This document shows, piece after piece, positions 1 to 9,797 of a stretch of DNA of 45,161 nt (positions are counted from its first letter, which is position 1; each line of letters starts with the position of its first letter). The DNA is taken from positions 1 through 45,161 of the forward strand of contig JBKJJJ010000021.1 in the NCBI GenBank assembly GCA_046598045.1. Reading direction: 5' to 3'. Source of the DNA: Candidatus Eiseniibacteriota bacterium. Lineage in GTDB: Bacteria; Eisenbacteria; RBG-16-71-46; DASYSL01. The notes beneath the pieces were generated by a model. It was not told where the DNA came from and did no database searches. It saw only the letters and a list, made by a program, of their open reading frames with translations. A program made the position numbers and the translations under genes.

Positions 1-435
1 GGCGAACCGCGGAGTCGCTACTGGGGCGAGGCCTCGTTCCCGCTCACGATGCAGAACCTCCACCGCTACGCGCTCTACATCGCGCTCGTGTTCCTCGTGC
101 TGCTGGCGCACGACGTCTACCAGGCGCTGTGGTTCACCGATCCGGTCACCGGCCACACGTCGTTCGGTCTCGGAGTCGGAACGCTCGTCCTCGCGACCAA
201 CGTCACGCTGCTCTCCGGGTACGCGCTCGGGTGTCACTCGCTCCGCCACCTTGTCGGGGGCTACCTCGACCGCATGTCGCGTTCCCGGGCGCGCAAGAAG
301 CTCTATGACTGTTCGAGCTGCCTCAACCGCGGCCACATGCGATGGGCCTGGCTCAGCCTAATCTCCGTCGGGTTCACGGATCTCTACGTCCGACTCTGCT
401 CGATGGGAATCTGGACCGACTGGAGGATCTTCTGA
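1..435 (+). CDS. Succinate dehydrogenase membrane anchor, Sdh1 (Rv0249c-like) type; 5' end outside window
   Basis: Frame is open from base 1 (GEPRSRYWGEASFPLTMQNLHRY...); hydrophobic helices; motifs FPLxxQNLHRY and GCHSLRHLVGG; directly upstream of sdhA/sdhB. Confidence 0.85.
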   Translation, partial: GEPRSRYWGEASFPLTMQNLHRYALYIALVFLVLLAHDVYQALWFTDPVTGHTSFGLGVGTLVLATNVTLLSGYALGCHSLRHLVGGYLDRMSRSRARKKLYDCSSCLNRGHMRWAWLSLISVGFTDLYVRLCSMGIWTDWRIF

Positions 436-471
436 TCGCTGCCCGCCCGCTCCCCACTCAATGGGGCCGTC

Positions 472-2292
472 ATGGCTGAGTACGAGACCCTCGAGCACGA
501 TGTCCTGATCATCGGGGCCGGCGGCGCCGGGCTGCGCGCGGCGATTGCCGCGGCCGAGAGCGGCGTTTCGGTCGGCCTGGTCTGCAAGTCGCTGCTCGGC
601 AAGGCGCACACCGTCATGGCCGAGGGCGGAGTCGCCGCCGCGATGGCGAATGTCGACGACCGCGACGATTGGCGTGTGCACTTCGCCGATACGATGCGCG
701 GCGGGCAGTACCTGAACAACTGGCGCATGGCGGAGTTGCATGCGCGCGAGGCCCCGGCCCGCGTGCACGAGCTCGAGGCCTGGGGCGCGGTGTTCGACCG
801 CACCGAGGACGGACGCATTCTCCAGCGCAACTTCGGGGGCCACAAGTATCCCCGCCTCGCGCACGTCGGGGACCGGACCGGGCTCGAGATGATCCGCACG
901 CTGCAGGACCAGAGCATCCATCACGGGATCGACGTGCACATGGAATGCACGGTGCTCCGGCTCCTGCTCGACGAGGGACGGGTCGCCGGCGCGTTCGCCT
1001 ACGATCGCGAGCGCGGACGCTTCCGGCTGTTCCGCGCCAAGGCAATCGTCCTCGCCACGGGCGGCATCGGCCGGGCGTTCTCGATCACGAGCAATAGCTG
1101 GGAATACACGGGCGACGGGCAGGCGTTGGCGTACGAGGCCGGAGCCGCGCTCCAGGACATGGAATTCGTGCAGTTCCATCCCACCGGGATGATCTGGCCG
1201 CCGAGCGTGCGCGGCATCCTCGTGACCGAGGGCGTGCGCGGAGAAGGTGGTGTCCTGCTCAACCGCGACGGCGTCCGCTTCATGTTCCACGGTATCCCGG
1301 AGAACTATCAGAACCAGACCGCCGACAGCGAGGAAGAGGGCTGGCGCTACACGCAGGGTGACAAGAACGCGCGGCGCCCCCCCGAACTCCTCACGCGCGA
1401 TCATGTCGCGCGCTGCATCATGCGCGAGGTCAAGGAAGGGCGCGGAAGCCCGCACGGCGGCGCGTTCCTCGACATCTCGTGGATCAAGCGCAATCTCCCG
1501 GATGCCCGCAATCACATCATCCGGAAGCTCCCGAGCATGTATCACCAGTTCAAGCAACTGGCCGATCTCGACATCACGACGACGCCGATGGAGGTCGGAC
1601 CCACGACCCATTACATCATGGGCGGGATCCGGGTCGACGGCGAGACGCAGAGCACCACGCTCCCCGGGCTCTATGCCGCCGGAGAGTGCGCGGCCGGCCT
1701 GCACGGCGCGAATCGGCTGGGCGGAAACTCCCTGTCGGACCTGCTGGTCTTCGGCAAGCGGGCGGGCGAGTCGGCAGCGAACTTCGCGCGCGATCACCAC
1801 GCGGCCTCGATCGACCGGGACCAGGTGGACCAGGCCGCCCGCGACGCGATTGCCCCGTTCGAGCGCGGCACGAGCGCCGATGGCCACGGGCCCTACCAGG
1901 TCCAGCAGGACCTCCAGACCATGATGCAGGATCTCGTCGGCATCGTGCGGACCGAGGCGGAGATGGAGCGCGCCCTCGAGGGGATCGGGAAGTTGAAGGA
2001 GCGCGCCCGGCACGTTGGCGTCGCCGGCAACCGCGAATACAATCCCGGCTGGCACACGGCGCTCGACCTCGCGAACCTGATGATCGTGTCCGAGGCGATC
2101 ACCCGCGCGGCGATCGATCGCAAGGAGAGCCGGGGCGGTCACTTCCGCGACGATTACCCCGAGAAGGACCCGGCCGCCGCGAAGTTCAACATCGTCATCA
2201 AGAAGGGGCAGGACGGTGCGATGCTGCTCGAGCGCGAGCCGATCCCCGAGTTGCCGGCCGCGCTGGCGTTGATCATCCAGGAACAAACCTAG
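472..2292 (+). CDS. sdhA: Succinate dehydrogenase/fumarate reductase flavoprotein subunit
   Basis: IIGAGGAG FAD motif, KAHTVMAEGG covalent-FAD His motif, QFHPT, HYIMGG, LHGANRLGGNSL, ESRGGHFR. Confidence 0.97.
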   Translation: MAEYETLEHDVLIIGAGGAGLRAAIAAAESGVSVGLVCKSLLGKAHTVMAEGGVAAAMANVDDRDDWRVHFADTMRGGQYLNNWRMAELHAREAPARVHELEAWGAVFDRTEDGRILQRNFGGHKYPRLAHVGDRTGLEMIRTLQDQSIHHGIDVHMECTVLRLLLDEGRVAGAFAYDRERGRFRLFRAKAIVLATGGIGRAFSITSNSWEYTGDGQALAYEAGAALQDMEFVQFHPTGMIWPPSVRGILVTEGVRGEGGVLLNRDGVRFMFHGIPENYQNQTADSEEEGWRYTQGDKNARRPPELLTRDHVARCIMREVKEGRGSPHGGAFLDISWIKRNLPDARNHIIRKLPSMYHQFKQLADLDITTTPMEVGPTTHYIMGGIRVDGETQSTTLPGLYAAGECAAGLHGANRLGGNSLSDLLVFGKRAGESAANFARDHHAASIDRDQVDQAARDAIAPFERGTSADGHGPYQVQQDLQTMMQDLVGIVRTEAEMERALEGIGKLKERARHVGVAGNREYNPGWHTALDLANLMIVSEAITRAAIDRKESRGGHFRDDYPEKDPAAAKFNIVIKKGQDGAMLLEREPIPELPAALALIIQEQT

Positions 2293-2298
2293 GGGACC

Positions 2299-3093
2299 AT
2301 GGCGACCGACCCGATTCCAGCCGCCGAGACCGAGCCCGAGACCCGCGTCACCTTCCGCGTCTGGCGCGGCGACCGCGAGGGAGGCAAGCTCGTCGACTAC
2401 ACGACGAGCGTGGCTCCGGGGATGGTCGTGCTCGATGCGATCCACCAGATCCAGGCAGAGCAGGCGAACGACCTCGCCGTGCGCTGGAACTGCAAGGCCG
2501 GCAAGTGCGGCTCGTGCTCGGCGGAAGTGAACGGGATGCCGAAGCTCATGTGCATGACCCGGCTCAACGAACTTCCGATCGAGAAGCCGGTGAGCGTGGC
2601 GCCCATGCGGGCGTTCCCTCCGATCAAGGACCTGGTCACGAACGTCGCGTGGAACTACGAGGTCAAGAAGCGGATCAAGAAGTTCAAGCCGCGGCCACCC
2701 GACGCGCCCGACGGCAGCTGGCGCATGGCGCAGTCGGACGTGGACCGCGTGCAGGAATTCCGCAAGTGCATCGAGTGCTTCCTGTGCCAGGACGTCTGCC
2801 ACGTGTTGCGCGACCATCGCATGCACGAGGAGTTCATCGGACCGCGCTTCCTGGTCCACGTCGCCGCGCTGGAGATGCACCCCCTCGATGTGGAGAACCG
2901 GCTCGAGGACCTGCGCAAGGCGCACGGCATCGGCCTCTGCAACATCACGAAATGCTGCACCAAGGTCTGCCCCGAGAACATCACGATCACGGACAACGCG
3001 ATCATTCCGCTCAAGGAGCGCGTCGTGGACAAGTTCTTCGACCCGCTGGAATGGCTGTTCAAGAACCTGAGCCGCAGGGAAAGCGATCCATGA
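2299..3093 (+). CDS. sdhB: Succinate dehydrogenase iron-sulfur subunit
   Basis: CKAGKCGSC...C [2Fe-2S] motif, CIECFLC...C and CNITKCCTKVC cluster motifs; follows sdhA. Confidence 0.96.
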   Translation: MATDPIPAAETEPETRVTFRVWRGDREGGKLVDYTTSVAPGMVVLDAIHQIQAEQANDLAVRWNCKAGKCGSCSAEVNGMPKLMCMTRLNELPIEKPVSVAPMRAFPPIKDLVTNVAWNYEVKKRIKKFKPRPPDAPDGSWRMAQSDVDRVQEFRKCIECFLCQDVCHVLRDHRMHEEFIGPRFLVHVAALEMHPLDVENRLEDLRKAHGIGLCNITKCCTKVCPENITITDNAIIPLKERVVDKFFDPLEWLFKNLSRRESDP

Positions 3094-3593
3094 GTTTCCC
3101 GCTCAAGCCGATCTCCAAGGGCAGCGTGCCCTGGGCGCTGCAGAAGGCCGAGCGCTACCGCGTGATCAACGACCCGGTCTCGGCGGAGAGCATCTGCCTG
3201 GACCTGCTGATCGTCGATCCCGACAACCAGCAGGGCCTGGTCACGCTCCTGCTCGCGATCACCGACCAGTTCGCCGGGGCGCCGGTCGCGGGCGCGCACC
3301 GGGCGCAGGAGATCCTGCCGCGCCTCGACGACGAGTACAAGCGGGCGTACTACGCGGGGATCATCTGCGAGCGCTGTGCGAAGGCCCTGCTGCGCTCGAA
3401 AGCGCCCCGGCCCGGAGAGATGGCGTACCACTGGCTGCGCGAGGCCATGGGCTGGTACGAGAAGGCGGAAGCTCAGCGGCCGGGCGGGAATGACGAGTCG
3501 ATCCTGCGCTGGAATACCTGTGCTCGCCTGCTGGCGGCGAATCCGGACCTGCACCCGCAGGCCGAAGGCCCGGTCGACCTCAGCCTGGAGTGA
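3090..3593 (+). CDS. Conserved hypothetical alpha-helical protein (167 aa) coupled to sdhB
   Basis: ATG at 3090 overlaps the sdhB stop (ATGA); C-terminal part of ORF 1479..3593: MSFPLKPISKGSVPWALQKAERYR...SILRWNTCAR; host-like codon usage. Confidence 0.85.
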   Translation: MSFPLKPISKGSVPWALQKAERYRVINDPVSAESICLDLLIVDPDNQQGLVTLLLAITDQFAGAPVAGAHRAQEILPRLDDEYKRAYYAGIICERCAKALLRSKAPRPGEMAYHWLREAMGWYEKAEAQRPGGNDESILRWNTCARLLAANPDLHPQAEGPVDLSLE

Positions 3594-4437
3594 GCCTCGT
3601 CACCGCGCGAGTCGGGACGCTGCACCAATCGCTCCACGAGCCCTCGTACAGGATGCCGTTCTCGAACCCCGCGAGCCTGAGCGCGAACAGGTTCTGGCAC
3701 GCGGTGACGCCGCTGCCGCAGTAGCAGACGACGTGCCGGGCGCGGCCCGCGCCGAGTTCCGCGAAGCCCTCGCGCAGGGCGCCGGGATCAAGGAAGCGCG
3801 GGTCCTCGGGCGATCGTACATTGGACGCATGGGGGCGGCTCTTCGCGCCCGGGATGTGCCCGGCGACCGGATCGACCGGCTCGATCCGGCCCTCGAAACG
3901 CTCGGCGGCACGCGTGTCGACCAGCAGCGCACCGGGATCATTTCGCAGCCGCTCGACGGCGTCGGCGTCGACCCGCATCCCGGGTTGGGGCGCGGGCGCA
4001 AACACTCCCGGCGCGTACGATGGCGCGGGGCTCTCAAGCGGACGCCCCTCCGCTTCCCAGCGCGCGATCCCGCCGTCGAGCAGCGACACCTGATCGTGTC
4101 CGAAATATCGGAGCAACCACCACAGCCGCGCCGCGGTCGAACCGTCGCCGAAGTCGTAGGCGACGACGTGCGTATCGGGGCCGACGCCCGCGCGCGCCAT
4201 GCTCGCGGCGAACGCCGCCGCTCGCGGCAGCGGGTGCCGCCCGGGACCCTCACCGCGCGGCGATGCCAGGTCCGCCTCGACGTCGAGGAAGACCGCGCCC
4301 GGGATGTGGCCCTGCGCATAGTCGTTCCGGCCCTTGTCGTGATCGCGCAGGGACCAGCGCACGTCCGCGACGCGAACGTTCGTGTCGGCCAGGTGACTCG
4401 CCAGCCATTCGGTCGATACCAGCAGTGGAACGCTCAT
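3580..4437 (-). CDS. sseA: Two-domain rhodanese / 3-mercaptopyruvate sulfurtransferase
   Basis: LLVSTEWL, GHIPGA twice, active-site loop CGSGVTA, C-terminal YEGSWSDW; start placed at MSVPLL. Confidence 0.93.
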   Translation of the reverse strand: MSVPLLVSTEWLASHLADTNVRVADVRWSLRDHDKGRNDYAQGHIPGAVFLDVEADLASPRGEGPGRHPLPRAAAFAASMARAGVGPDTHVVAYDFGDGSTAARLWWLLRYFGHDQVSLLDGGIARWEAEGRPLESPAPSYAPGVFAPAPQPGMRVDADAVERLRNDPGALLVDTRAAERFEGRIEPVDPVAGHIPGAKSRPHASNVRSPEDPRFLDPGALREGFAELGAGRARHVVCYCGSGVTACQNLFALRLAGFENGILYEGSWSDWCSVPTRAVTRLTPG

Positions 4438-4594
4438 GAACCTCCGATCTCTCTCACCGCCAGTATCCACGGATCATGGAAGGACTGCGCGACGGCTGAC
4501 AGGCCGCAAACGCCGCCGACGTCCCACCACCAAGGCCGCTCGCGGCTCCGTCCGGACCCTAAGATGGGCGATGGCCGACCCGTGATACCGAACC

Positions 4595-7006
4595 TCAGTC
4601 GGTAATCACCAGCTTCGAGGTCGCGCGCGTGCCCCCGGAGGTCAACTGCGCGAGATAGAGCCCGGCCGGCAACGAGCCGCGCTGGATCCCCACGCGGTTC
4701 GGACCCGCGGCGCTCCATGCGTCCGCGAGCACGCGCCGCACGCGGCGGCCGCGCACATCGTAGAGCTCGAGCGAGACCTTCCCCGCGCGAGCCAGGTCGA
4801 AGTCGAGCACGCCGTCGCTTCGAAGCGGGTTCGGCCGACAGGCGCGGAGCGCGACCGCAAGGGGTCGTGTCGCGGGCGTGGGCACGTCGACGGTCGGGAT
4901 GACGACCGCGGCCAGGTTGTTCACCCGAACGTTGCCCAGGCGGGTGAACTGGCCCCCGGCATAGAGGATCGAGTGCCCGAGCACGATGGTGTTGAAGAAG
5001 TCGACGCTCGAGGGAGCGGTACTCCAGCTCGTGGCCAGACCGGTCGTGACATCGAGCCCGGCGATGCCCAGGCGGGATGCTCCGCCGATGGTCGCGAATC
5101 CGCCGGCGGCATAGACGCCGGACTCCCCGACCCCGAGCGCAGAGACCGAGTTGCTCGCATCGGGGTTCCATGGAGTCGCCAGTCCACCCGCAAGACTGAG
5201 CTGCGCAACATTGTTTCGCAGCGCGCCCCCGATCGCGGTGAATGCTCCGCCGACGTACATCGTCTCCCCGTTGGGCACCATGGCCAGGACGACGTCGTTG
5301 GCGAACGGATCCCAGTCGGTGGCCAGACCGGTCGAGGTATCGATTTCAGCAATACGTCCGCGCGATGCGGTCCCAACGTTGGTGAACACGCCTCCGGCAT
5401 ACAGGCTGCTACCCCGGAGCACCATCGCGTTCACGCTGCCGTCCAGCGTCGGGTTCCAGCTGCGGGCGACTCCGGAAGATGCGTCGAGCGCCGCCAGGAA
5501 TTTACGTTGAGCACCGCCGATCAGGGTGAAGTACCCACCCGCGTAGACGGTTGATCCCGCACCCAGCAGCGAGAGGACGGTCGTGTTGGCATTGGGGTTC
5601 CACGCGGTCGCCAGCCCGCTCGCGGGGTCGATCCGCGCGATGTTATTGCGCACCTGGCCGCCCACTTGGGTAAACGATCCGCCGACGTACACGGCGGAGC
5701 TGTCGGCGCTGATCGCCCAGACGATCGCGTTCGCGCCCGGATTCCACGGGGTGGCGCGCCCGGTGTGGGTGTCGATGGCTGCCAGACGGTTACGGGCCGT
5801 GCCGCCCAGGCTCAGGAAGGCGCCCCCGGCATAGATCCGACTGCCGCTGACCGCGAGCGCGTTCACCGTGCTGTTCGCCTCGGGTCGCCAAGCGGTCGGA
5901 ACCGCGGTCGTCGCGTCGAGAGCCGCGAGCCGTGTGCGCGGCAGCCCGCCGATCGTCTGAAAGCCGCCGCCGACGTAAACGCTGGATCCACTGCGGATCA
6001 CGGATCGCACGGGCCCGCCGGTGAGCACGCCTGGATTCCACGCCGTGGCGGCTCCTGTCCCGGCGCTCAGCGCCGCGAGGAAGAGGCGCTGCTGCCCTCC
6101 GATCATCGTGAAGCTTCCACCCGCGTAGAGGGTGGATCCGGTGAGGAACAGCGTGCCGACGAGGGTGTCCGCGGACGGATCCCAGATCGTCGGCAGCCCG
6201 GTGTCGGTGGCGACGGCGGCGATGTTCGAACGATTGCTCAGTCCCACCTGGCTGAACTGGCCGCCGAAGTAGAGCACTCCCGTTCCCACGGCGATCGCTC
6301 GCACGGACCCGACACCGACGTTCGGGTTCCACGAGGTGGCGAGCGCGGTGGTGGTGTCGAGCGCGGCCAGGCGATTCCGATCCTGGCCGCCGATGTGCGT
6401 GAACCCGCCCCCCGCGTATACCGTCGCTCCGGAAATTCCTAGCGCCTGCACGTCCGCACTCGCGTCCGGATCCCATGGGAGAACCGCTCCGCTCGAAGGG
6501 TGAATTGCGGCGATATGGTTTCGTGTCTGGCCACCGACCATCGAGAACAACCCGCCGACGTAAACGGCTCCCGGAGTGACGAGCATCGCCAGGACCGTCT
6601 GGCTCGCCCCGGGGTTCCACTCGGAGACCGAAAGGTCCGCGTTCAGGCGGGCCAGGTTCTGCCTCGGAAATACACCGACCGAATCGAACGTGCCCGCGAT
6701 GTACCACCCTCCGGCCGGATCCGCCGCGACGGCCTGCACCACGCCGTGCACGACCGGGAATTCGGGGACGACGTTTCCGGTCGGCAGGAGGATCGGAACC
6801 CCGCCACCGGTGTGCGGCCCGACGTAATCGAAGTTGCCGCCGAGGTAAAGGGTTTCCCCGCTCAGCGCGAGCGTGGCGACGAAGCCGTTGTACGCCCCCC
6901 AGAGATCGGGAACGACATACTGGGCCGCGGCGGCGCGAGGTTGGCTCGCCATGGCGGCGAAGATGCTCAGTGTGAACAGCAGGCGGGGAAAGAGTTTGGT
7001 TTGCAA
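4595..7006 (-). CDS. Secreted tandem-repeat (probable beta-propeller) protein with C-terminal FlgD/T9SS-type domain
   Basis: Signal-peptide-like N-terminus (TTG start after GGGAG; start uncertain); 14 YxGGxF-type units in ~48-aa repeats (WNP...YAGGxF..IGG..RNxLAA); tail PNP...LYDVRGRRV...AGLYLAQL...KLVITD. Confidence 0.85.
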   Translation of the reverse strand: MQTKLFPRLLFTLSIFAAMASQPRAAAAQYVVPDLWGAYNGFVATLALSGETLYLGGNFDYVGPHTGGGVPILLPTGNVVPEFPVVHGVVQAVAADPAGGWYIAGTFDSVGVFPRQNLARLNADLSVSEWNPGASQTVLAMLVTPGAVYVGGLFSMVGGQTRNHIAAIHPSSGAVLPWDPDASADVQALGISGATVYAGGGFTHIGGQDRNRLAALDTTTALATSWNPNVGVGSVRAIAVGTGVLYFGGQFSQVGLSNRSNIAAVATDTGLPTIWDPSADTLVGTLFLTGSTLYAGGSFTMIGGQQRLFLAALSAGTGAATAWNPGVLTGGPVRSVIRSGSSVYVGGGFQTIGGLPRTRLAALDATTAVPTAWRPEANSTVNALAVSGSRIYAGGAFLSLGGTARNRLAAIDTHTGRATPWNPGANAIVWAISADSSAVYVGGSFTQVGGQVRNNIARIDPASGLATAWNPNANTTVLSLLGAGSTVYAGGYFTLIGGAQRKFLAALDASSGVARSWNPTLDGSVNAMVLRGSSLYAGGVFTNVGTASRGRIAEIDTSTGLATDWDPFANDVVLAMVPNGETMYVGGAFTAIGGALRNNVAQLSLAGGLATPWNPDASNSVSALGVGESGVYAAGGFATIGGASRLGIAGLDVTTGLATSWSTAPSSVDFFNTIVLGHSILYAGGQFTRLGNVRVNNLAAVVIPTVDVPTPATRPLAVALRACRPNPLRSDGVLDFDLARAGKVSLELYDVRGRRVRRVLADAWSAAGPNRVGIQRGSLPAGLYLAQLTSGGTRATSKLVITD

Positions 7007-7146
7007 GATCCGCTCCCGGGCTCGTCCGTGGATGGTGGGTCGGCAGGACGCCGAGTGGGGATCAGGGAGGATCCCGGTTTCATGGGCGCGAAGGAGCCTA
7101 CCTCCCGGGCAGCTCCGCCACAAGCGCGATTAGCGAACACCCGGGA

Positions 7147-7290
7147 TCAGCGCAACTTCTGCACGCCGTTCGAATCGGGCGCGAGCCACGACACCTGCCG
7201 GCCATCGGGCGAGAGTTGCGGAGAGGCGCGCGCCGCGTTGCCGAAGAGCATGGCGCGCGGGATGGGCGGCGGCGCAGTCGCCGGGACCTC
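7147..7290 (-). pseudogene. Stump resembling the N-terminus of an S9 acylaminoacyl/dipeptidyl peptidase
   Basis: PPPIPRAMLFGNAARASPQLSPDGRQVSWLAPDSNGVQ resembles the LIPRxxLFGNP...PQxSPDG N-terminus of S9 peptidases; stop follows within a few codons. Confidence 0.6.
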
Positions 7291-7300
7291 CGGCGAGTTG

Positions 7301-7588
7301 CTATCGCAACCCCAGGAATCCAATGATGAGGGCGGCGACGGCCATGGCCAGGTAGATCGCGAGGAAGGACAGGTGGGCGGTGCCATGGCGAACCCAGAAC
7401 CAGGTCGTGCCGGCAGAAGCCACGGCCAGGCAGGCCAGCACCCAGCCGATGACGATCAGCGCGGCCTGCCCGAGGAGGACTCGCAGCAAGAAGCCGCCGA
7501 GGAGTCCGGGGCCCAGGGCCACCATCAGCCACCACTCGTCCGTCGAGCTCTTGGCCCGAATGCGATGAGATCCCAATACATTGCCCAT
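7301..7588 (-). CDS. Small membrane protein (about 3 TM helices)
   Basis: 95-aa ORF, strongly hydrophobic; start uncertain. Confidence 0.5.
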   Translation of the reverse strand: MGNVLGSHRIRAKSSTDEWWLMVALGPGLLGGFLLRVLLGQAALIVIGWVLACLAVASAGTTWFWVRHGTAHLSFLAIYLAMAVAALIIGFLGLR

Positions 7589-7767
7589 ACGGCCCCTGCT
7601 TTACGAGGGACGCATCCGTCCCAGTTCCCGAATTGGGACCACGATTCGGGGGGACACGAGATTAGCGCAGCCGGCGGGGCACCGCCAGTCTTCGGAGGCG
7701 ATTCGCCCCGACTTGGGGCATAATCCCCCGCGGCAAGATGCCATCGGACGTCGATCGACCCCGGGGG

Positions 7768-9101
7768 ATGCCCGTGACCACGACCCACATGGAGGAAAAC
7801 ACTCCCGCCCGGCGTGTCCCGCTGCGGCACGTGCTCGCGGTCTTCGTCGGCAACGGGCTCGAGTTCTACGACTTCCTCACGTTCTCCTACTTCGCAGTCT
7901 ACATCTCGCGCGCGTTCTACCCGGGCGGCAACCGCTCGGCCGCGTTGCTCGCCACGCTCGCGACGTTCGGCGCCGGCTTCCTGACGCGCCCGATCGGGGC
8001 AATCGTGATCGGCGGCATGGGCGACCGCATCGGCCGCAAGCCGGCGATGGTCTTCTCTTTCGCTCTCATGGGCGTGGCGATCACCGGCCTCGCGTTGACG
8101 CCCTCCTACGCAATGATCGGACCCGCCGCCCCGTTGATCATCCTGTTCTTCCGGCTGGTGCAGGGATTCGCGCTCGGTGGCGAGGTGGGCCCAAGCACGG
8201 CATTCATGGCGGAGGCCGCGCCTCCCCACCGCCGCGGGCTGTACCTCTCGATGCAGTACGCGACGCAGGACGCGGCCGTACTCATGGCCGGGCTCGTGGG
8301 CACGATCATGGCCGCCCGGCTGAGCGAGCAGCAACTCCAGGACTGGGGCTGGCGCGCGGCGCTGCTGCTGGGCGCGGCGATCGTCCCGTTCGGACTCATC
8401 CTGCGGCGCACGCTGCCGGAGACGCTCGAGAAGAAGGCCCCGCCCAAGACCGCCGCGCAAGCATCGCCAACGGACGTGCCCGCGGCACGAAAACGCTGGC
8501 CGTACGCGCGCATCGCGGTGCTCGGGCTCATGATGCTGACCGCGGGGACGATCGGCAGCTACACGCTGAACTACATGACGACCTACGCGCTCGACACGCT
8601 TCACCTGCCGGCGACGATCTCGTTCGGCCTGATCATCCTCAATGGCGGTTTGTCCATGTTCGTCGAGGCGCTGAGCGGGTGGCTCTCGGACCGTTTCGGC
8701 CGCAAGCCCGTGATGATCATCCCGGGAGTGCTGCTCGTGCTCGCGATCTTCCCGTGCTTCTGGGTCATCGGGCACTACCAGAACACATGGCCCTGTACGG
8801 CGCCGAAGCCATCATGGTGTTCTTCGCCGCGATGTCGTCGGTGCCCGTGATCGTCACGATCACCGAGTCGCTGCCCGCGCCCATTCGCTCGGGCGCCGTC
8901 GCGACGATCTACGCGTTCGCGATCTCGATCTTCGGCGGCTCGACCCAGTTCGTGATCAAGCTGCTGATCGACCGCACCGGCAATCCGCTCGCGCCGGCCT
9001 ACTACTGGACCGGTGCGGCGATCGTGGGGCTGGTCGCGATGTCGCTGGTGACCGAATCGGCGCCGGCACGGCGGCGCGAGGGGGCGCCGTTGGCGGCTTA
9101 G
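7768..9101 (+). pseudogene. MFS transporter (metabolite:H+ symporter, ProP/CitA-like) split by a frameshift at ~8790
   Basis: GNGLEFYDF, RPIGA..GDRIGRK, RLVQGFALGGEVG, SDRFGRKP in ORF 7738..8850; remaining helices (ALYGAEAIMVFF...FGGSTQF) continue in the frame ending at 9101; one extra G at ACATGG|CCCTG restores NTW-ALYG. Confidence 0.88.
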
Positions 9102-9113
9102 GCCGCATCCCGC

Positions 9114-9710
9114 CTAATCCTCGAACGCGAGGTTCGCCGGGGCCTTCGCCATCTTGGGTTTCGGAGCTTCCGTGGTCGGCACGGACGCGTCGACGACGGT
9201 AAGCGACACGTCGTCCATCCACACCTTGCCCGCGCCGGAGAGCAGGACCCCGAACGCGATGTCCGCAGCGTCCTGGCCCACGTCGAGTACGACCTCGTAC
9301 TGCTTCCAGTCGGCCGTGCCCTTGATGGGACGAGACTGCATGTTGTCGAAGGCGAGCATCCTGCCGGAATTGCCGTCCACGCGCATCCAGACGCCGGCCC
9401 AGTCGCGGACGTCCTCGCTCTTCACCCAGGCCGAGAGTCGGACCCGCTTACCCAGATATTCCCCGGGCAGGCACTGCTCCATGAGCGTGCCGAAGCCCTT
9501 CAGCTTCGCGCCCTGGATGGATGCCATGAAGGCGCTCGCCCTCCCGCCGTGAATTGTCTTCGTGTCCGTGCCCGTGTCGTAGTCCGCCGGGGCGCTTCCG
9601 GCGAGGATCCACCCCGATGGCGCGGTGGCGTCGGCGCCCCCGGGGAGTGCTCCGGACGCGACCATTGCAGCGCAAACCAACAGCCCCATCAGTCGTGGCG
9701 AGCGCTTCAT
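9114..9710 (-). CDS. Secreted protein with carbohydrate-binding-like beta-sandwich domain
   Basis: Signal peptide MKRSPRLMGLLVCAAMVASGA; motifs GKRVRLSAWVK, WMRVDG, FDNMQSRPIKGTADW, GKVWMDDV; RBS GAGAGGGG. Confidence 0.8.
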   Translation of the reverse strand: MKRSPRLMGLLVCAAMVASGALPGGADATAPSGWILAGSAPADYDTGTDTKTIHGGRASAFMASIQGAKLKGFGTLMEQCLPGEYLGKRVRLSAWVKSEDVRDWAGVWMRVDGNSGRMLAFDNMQSRPIKGTADWKQYEVVLDVGQDAADIAFGVLLSGAGKVWMDDVSLTVVDASVPTTEAPKPKMAKAPANLAFED

Positions 9711-9769
9711 GAACTTCCCCCTCTCTCCCGCGTCTGTGCGTGGCAACGGTGAACAGCCCTTGGAACCCG

Positions 9770-9797
9770 AGAGTACTCCTGTAGCCCAACATGTCAA
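9770..9797 (-). promoter_or_regulatory. Sigma70-type promoter for 9114..9710
   Basis: Minus strand TTGACA (9797-9792) - 16 nt - TACTCT (9775-9770). Confidence 0.6.

Noticed and set aside
358..2925. 855-aa minus-strand ORF
   Set aside because: Antisense shadow of sdhA/sdhB, typical of high-GC DNA; no motifs.
1479..3089. N-terminal ~537 aa of ORF 1479..3593
   Set aside because: Out-of-frame overlap with sdhA/sdhB, Arg/Gly/Pro-rich; only the part from ATG 3090 looks like real protein.
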